Below, piece by piece: positions 60,024 through 64,000 of a DNA stretch of 64,000 bases. The notes beneath the pieces were generated by a model that was not told the origin of the DNA, made no database searches, and saw nothing but the letters and a program-made list of their open reading frames with translations. Made by a program: the position numbers and the translations under genes. Source of the DNA: an uncultured bacterium (GTDB lineage: Bacteria > Bipolaricaulota > Bipolaricaulia > UBA7950 > UBA9294); assembly GCA_903857865.1 (NCBI GenBank), contig CAIOGO010000020.1, forward strand, positions 43,064 to 107,063. Direction: 5' to 3'. The stretch's first letter is position 1, and each line of letters begins with the position of its first letter.

Positions 60024-60209
60024 TTAGGGGTGGGGCACGGCTAGCGACCGACAGATCTTCTTGGCCAGGATGTCGGGGATCTCGTTGTCGCGGGGAACGG
60101 CCTCCACGTAGCCGGTCCGCGGGTTCTCCCACAGCGAATGGGATGCCCCCTCGCGCTTGAAGATACAGCCGTGGCGTCGCAAATGCTGAAGCAGAGCCTG
60201 ACGCTTCAT
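60024..60209 (-). CDS. hicA: HicA-family toxin
   Basis: 61 aa, LLQHLRRHGC...REGASHSLWENP typical of HicA; 4-nt overlap with upstream HicB-like gene. Confidence 0.8.
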   Translation of the reverse strand: MKRQALLQHLRRHGCIFKREGASHSLWENPRTGYVEAVPRDNEIPDILAKKICRSLAVPHP

Positions 60210-60421
60210 CCGATCTTTACGACATCTCGAACGGCGTCCTTCGGCACTCCCCGCAGGCCCTCCTCGCGACGATCCTCAAGGATCAACTCAATCGCGGAGG
60301 CGAGACTCTGCAGACATTCCTCCCTGCTTCGGCCCTGGCCGTTGGCGCCAGGGATCTCCGGGCAGTAGCCAATGTACCACTCGCCATCCTGTTCAATGAC
60401 CGCAGTGAACTCGTTCCGCAT
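60206..60421 (-). CDS. hicB: HicB-family antitoxin
   Basis: 71 aa, FTAVIEQDGEWYIGYCPEIPGANGQGRSREEC pattern of HicB. Confidence 0.75.
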   Translation of the reverse strand: MRNEFTAVIEQDGEWYIGYCPEIPGANGQGRSREECLQSLASAIELILEDRREEGLRGVPKDAVRDVVKIG

Positions 60422-60722
60422 CGCTACCCCTCCGCCATGGCAGCGTATGGCAAGGCGATCCCGCAGTCAATCATCGGCCGCGATGCACCGCGCACAGGGA
60501 ACGGCAAGAGGCAGGGCGCGGCCCCGCTGCCCGAGGCGAGTACTTGCGCGTTCACCGCGGAGCACGCAGAGAAGCGGGTGATATTGCAGTGCAAGACCAG
60601 ACCCCGTCGCCTCACTCCCGCCACGAACGGAAGAGGAGTTCCGCAGGAACTCCCCAGCTGCCCGGCCACGCAGAGCAGCCCTTGACCAGGCGATACAGCA
60701 TCTGATCCTATCGAGCTCTTCT

Positions 60723-61094
60723 CTACGGCTTGCGGCGCTCCAGATTGACGAGAACGCGGCCGTTCTCTTGCTTGACTGCGTAGGTCTCAAGATCGTGCGT
60801 CCGGACGCCGGCCATCAGCGCGCCCGCCTTGAGGACCCTCGGGATTGGGATCCTCGGATCGCTCACCCGCTTCCCCGTCGCGAGCTCGAACCTCGCCTTG
60901 TGCAGCGGGCAGACGACACAGCCATTCTCGATCTTCCCCTCGTGGAGCGGCCCGTTCATGTGGGGGCAGCGATCGCCGAAGGCGTAGATGCCTTGCCCAA
61001 CCTTGGCGAGGGCGATCTCGCGGTCGCCCACGTCAACCTTCATCATTCCCCCGTCGGGGATCTCCCCCACCGCGGCGATGTCCTTCCATTCCAT
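60723..61094 (-). CDS. Rieske [2Fe-2S] domain protein (ferredoxin-like)
   Basis: CPHMNGPL ... CPLHKARF = Rieske CxH...CxxH ligand pairs; start taken at MEWKDI. Confidence 0.7.
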   Translation of the reverse strand: MEWKDIAAVGEIPDGGMMKVDVGDREIALAKVGQGIYAFGDRCPHMNGPLHEGKIENGCVVCPLHKARFELATGKRVSDPRIPIPRVLKAGALMAGVRTHDLETYAVKQENGRVLVNLERRKP

Positions 61095-61271
61095 GGTGAG
61101 CCTCCTTCTTTGCCGCGCACACTCTGTCACTTCAGGAGGATTGAGCCAATTCGGTCGCCCACCGCACTCTCAGAAGAGCATCAATGCGAGATTGCGGGCC
61201 TGACTCAGCGCCCTAGTCTGCCAGCTTCCGACCCCGCCGGTCGACCCCGTCGCCCTCGAAAGTCAGCCGCG

Positions 61272-61691
61272 CTAGAAGACCCCGCGGAGGAAGGCAGCGG
61301 CTTCGTCAGAGATGCCGACGATCTTGTCGGTTGCTTGGCGGTAGAACTTGAAGTTGAGCTCAGTCTCCGGGCGACCGTCGTCCCAGTCGGAGAAGGGTTT
61401 GAGCTCGCTTCGTCCAAGGCGGCGCTTCGCGAGCGCGGTGCGCCGGACGGTGATGGTGACGCGCGGCGTCTGCCGGGCGAGCCCGGACTTCAGCGGAGTT
61501 GGTTCGGCCGAGGTGACGATCCCGCTCGCGATCAGGCCCGAGCCGCCCTCGTTCTCGCTCGCGAAGATGAAGATCGTGTCGCCCGCAGCGACCTTCTTGC
61601 CGCCGTACATCGTCTTCTGGTTCGCGAACGCGAACGTCTCTGCCCCAGGGTCACGGACCTCGGCCTTGATCGCGTACGCTCTCTCCCCCAT
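61272..61691 (-). CDS. Hypothetical protein (139 aa), unknown function
   Basis: Coding-like codon bias; no recognisable family. Confidence 0.5.
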   Translation of the reverse strand: MGERAYAIKAEVRDPGAETFAFANQKTMYGGKKVAAGDTIFIFASENEGGSGLIASGIVTSAEPTPLKSGLARQTPRVTITVRRTALAKRRLGRSELKPFSDWDDGRPETELNFKFYRQATDKIVGISDEAAAFLRGVF

Positions 61692-61757
61692 TACCCTCCG
61701 AGGAACCTGTGACCACTTGTGCTCGAGTGTCCCCGATAGATGGGGACTTGAAGCGCC

Positions 61758-62243
61758 CTAGCTCACCTTCTGCGCCAGGTCCCGCGCGAAGGCTTCGGCT
61801 CGCTTGAGATCCTCGACGTTCGGCCGCTTCTTGTTGAGGCCGCCGAAGTACCGGAGGAACATGTTGGTGTTGAAGCCGGGGCAGCCGAACTCACTGACGA
61901 TCGCGTAGCCCCTGGCCTCGAGCTTCGCGCGGAGAGCCGCGTGGTTGCTGCGGATGAAGCCCTCCGTGACGATGAACGCTGGGGCGCCGCAGGTCGAGAA
62001 GATGAACGCCTTCTTGGCGTCGACCGAGGGCAGCTTGTCGGCAAGATCGAGAATCGGCTTGTAGTGCTTGCCGCTGTCGATTCCCGAGCCGAAGCCGACG
62101 AGGTCGTACCCGGCAAGCTCCGCCGGACTCACTTCGCGTGGCGCCACGATCCTTGCACCGAGAACCTCTGCGAGGACCTTGGCCACGGCTTCCGTATTCT
62201 TGTGATGGTACGAGTGCAGCACCAAGAGACTCTTGATCGACAT
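61758..62243 (-). CDS. Flavodoxin-like fold protein
   Basis: N-terminus SLLVLHSYHHKNTEAVAKVLAE typical of flavodoxin-like reductases. Confidence 0.7.
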   Translation of the reverse strand: MSIKSLLVLHSYHHKNTEAVAKVLAEVLGARIVAPREVSPAELAGYDLVGFGSGIDSGKHYKPILDLADKLPSVDAKKAFIFSTCGAPAFIVTEGFIRSNHAALRAKLEARGYAIVSEFGCPGFNTNMFLRYFGGLNKKRPNVEDLKRAEAFARDLAQKVS

Positions 62244-62392
62244 GCGCTTCCCTCCGTCTACGGGGCTTCTGTTCAGAGAGTGATTCTACTCCCGGCGTAG
62301 TCCTTCCCTGCTCACGTGCGCTCGACAATCCCTTCCGCGGGATGTCGGTGCGTTGTTGCACCCGGGACCTCGTCCCCGCACATGATGCAGGC

Positions 62393-62698
62393 TCATCCCG
62401 AGCGGACGTAGACCACCACTTCTTTCTCGAGCCGACTCCCCAGGCGATCCCGCTCGACTTGCAGGTCGTAGTGGACCTGCAAGTTCGACCAGAACGTCTC
62501 CGTCATGCCGAAATAGCGGGCCAGCCGCAGGGCTGTGTCCGGGCTGATCGCCCGCTTGCCATGCACGATCTCGTTGACACGGCGCGGAGCGACCCCGATG
62601 TCCTTCGACAGCCGATACTGGCTAATGCCAAGCGGCTCAAGGAACTCCTCCATCAGGATCTCGCCGGGATGTACTGGCGCCATCTTCTGTGCGGCCAT
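62393..62698 (-). CDS. higA: HigA-family antitoxin (XRE-type HTH)
   Basis: VHPGEIL...LGISQYRLSKDIGVAPRRVNEIVHGKRAISPDTALRLARYFG; RBS GAGGAGG before ATG at 62698, 10 nt after higB stop. Confidence 0.8.
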   Translation of the reverse strand: MAAQKMAPVHPGEILMEEFLEPLGISQYRLSKDIGVAPRRVNEIVHGKRAISPDTALRLARYFGMTETFWSNLQVHYDLQVERDRLGSRLEKEVVVYVRSG

Positions 62699-62708
62699 GG
62701 AAACCTCC

Positions 62709-62990
62709 TCAGTGGTAGTCGACCATCTCCACACCGTACGCATCGCCGCGCTTCCACTCGAAGCACAGCCGCCACTGATCATTGATTCGAATGCTGTACT
62801 GACCCTCCCGGCGGCCCGAGAGCTTCTCCAGCCGGTTTCCCGGTGGAACACGCAGGTCCTGTAACGAGCCCGCCGCATGAAGGATGGCGAGCTTCTTCCA
62901 CGCGGCTCGTCGGAGATCTGGCGAGAAGTCCGGCACCCGGTCGCGTGCGAAGACCAGCCTGGTACGCGAGTCAGCGAAGGTCCGGATCAT
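62709..62990 (-). CDS. higB: HigB-like toxin (RelE/ParE superfamily)
   Basis: 93 aa toxin-first arrangement typical of higBA. Confidence 0.8.
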   Translation of the reverse strand: MIRTFADSRTRLVFARDRVPDFSPDLRRAAWKKLAILHAAGSLQDLRVPPGNRLEKLSGRREGQYSIRINDQWRLCFEWKRGDAYGVEMVDYH

Positions 62991-62998
62991 CGTTTCGT

Positions 62999-63027
62999 AT
63001 AATAACGCTGTGCGATAATACCGTCAA
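62999..63027 (-). promoter_or_regulatory. Promoter TTGACG-17 nt-TATTAT immediately upstream of higB (leaderless mRNA)
   Basis: Read on reverse complement; -10 ends 8 nt before the higB ATG. Confidence 0.45.
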
Positions 63028-63221
63028 GGGACACTATGGCAAAGGCGCTGCCCAGAGTGAGAACTCGCCCGCCGGGCAATCCGTGGTAGGCCCCGACGCC
63101 AGAGCGCTATCCCCTCGCCAGCAGGGATCCTGATGCGATAGGCTCAATCCCGCTACCTGTACTGGGCCTATGCGAGGAGTCAAGACCTCACCCCGCCGCC
63201 GTGATCCCAACACCGATCGCC

Positions 63222-63282
63222 CGAGATGAGTATTGTGTCCCCGGAACTCGGATCGAGATGAGTATTGTGTCCCCGGAACTCG
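63222..63282. repeat. Tandem direct repeat, two ~30-nt units
   Basis: CGAGATGAGTATTGTGTCCCCGGAACTCG occurs twice back to back. Confidence 0.7.
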
Positions 63283-63387
63283 CCGCATGCCATCTACAAG
63301 ACCGGCGGACCGTTCTGCCCTCCCGCTCTGAAGGAGGCTTGACATTCGATACAGCATCTAACCCCGTCGCCCGACGCGCAGGCTGAC

Positions 63388-63879
63388 TCACCCACAGCGC
63401 AGGCGACAGAGGCTGGCGATCAGCAACAGCGTCCAGATCAGCAGCAGCGCGCCCTCCAGGACGTAGTACCAGCTCTTCTGCACGCCTTCATGTGAGAACA
63501 CCCCGGTGTGGTTCGTCATCACCGGCCCGCAGTGGTTGCGGATGTTCCCCTCCAGTTTCTTGCACCGGTCCAGCTTCTGACTCTGGTACGATCGGAAGAC
63601 GTGAGTGAACCTGAGGCTCGCCAAGTTCACGACAAGCCCCAGCGTTGCGATCCCCGCAACGAAGCTCAACCGCAGCCAATGTCCGCGTCCGCCGAAGAGC
63701 GCACTCCCGACCGCTGCAAGAAGAATCGCATTCGCCGCAGTGAAAATGCTGATGACCTGCCACAGAAGGGAGTTGTAGTGCTGCGCCGAGTCCTGCGCCG
63801 CTTTGTACTCCTGGAGCGCGACCTCCAATCTCTTCTCCTCTGGCACGATGATGGTATCAGGGTTCTCGTGACTACACAT
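63388..63879 (-). CDS. Membrane protein, unknown function
   Basis: Two long hydrophobic segments; RBS AAAGGAGAA before ATG; visibly lower G+C. Confidence 0.55.
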   Translation of the reverse strand: MCSHENPDTIIVPEEKRLEVALQEYKAAQDSAQHYNSLLWQVISIFTAANAILLAAVGSALFGGRGHWLRLSFVAGIATLGLVVNLASLRFTHVFRSYQSQKLDRCKKLEGNIRNHCGPVMTNHTGVFSHEGVQKSWYYVLEGALLLIWTLLLIASLCRLRCG

Positions 63880-64000
63880 CTCGTTCTCCTTTTCTCGCTC
63901 CTGGCGTCTGGGCCAGGTCGTCTTGGATGGCCTGCAGCTCTTCGAGCGCGGCTTGGAGGTCTTCGATGATCTCGGCGGCGAGGACGTCGGGGCGTGATGT
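63872..64000 (-). CDS. 3' end of an unidentified gene (coiled-coil-like tail) entering from beyond the window
   Basis: Open frame to the window edge reading ...LAAEIIEDLQAALEELQAIQDDLAQTPG with G/C-rich third positions; not in ORF track because it lacks an in-window start. Confidence 0.35.
   Translation of the reverse strand, partial: TSRPDVLAAEIIEDLQAALEELQAIQDDLAQTPGARKGERDV

Noticed and set aside
59160-62400. Canonical integron attC sites at cassette boundaries
   Set aside because: No RYYYAAC / GTTRRRY core pairs were found around the repeats and no intI is in the window; cassette-like organisation is reported but not called an integron.
1-64000. CRISPR array, rRNA genes, transposase/IS elements
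   Set aside because: No regularly spaced direct repeats with unique spacers, no rRNA-like conserved stretches, and no transposase- or integrase-like ORF were recognised.

Overview
High-G+C bacterial chromosomal window read by eye with the supplied ORF track (coordinates mostly derived from the track; raw-sequence positions may be off by 1-2 nt). About two thirds is housekeeping core: clpP 3' end, archaeal-type gatE-gatD, cysS, pheS, fabF, deoC, era, and a conserved ispE-cmk-plsC-rpsA operon followed by hup, gmk and yicC. The rest is accessory. Main candidates for something new: (1) a co-oriented array of three toxin-antitoxin pairs (RelE-like/RHH, HicAB, HigBA) interleaved with orphan small redox genes and a recurring intergenic motif (about 59160-63300); (2) a tRNA-Gln(CUG) followed by a terminator hairpin, tandem copies of the tRNA 3' end and a lower-G+C island carrying FwdE-like, DUF134 and NifX-like genes (36111 to about 39600); (3) an operon of a strongly RBS-preceded 27-codon ORF, a two-domain GNAT, two fused ABC exporters, a 20-cysteine secreted protein and a HAD hydrolase (4875-11265). 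Also noted: GatDE in a bacterium, a frameshifted DUF763 gene, a structured leader upstream of an ABC uptake operon, an orphan atpC, and recurring TTGnnn-16/17-TATACT promoters placed for leaderless or near-leaderless mRNAs. No rRNA, CRISPR array, transposase or integrase was recognised. All product calls are from remembered family motifs, not database searches.
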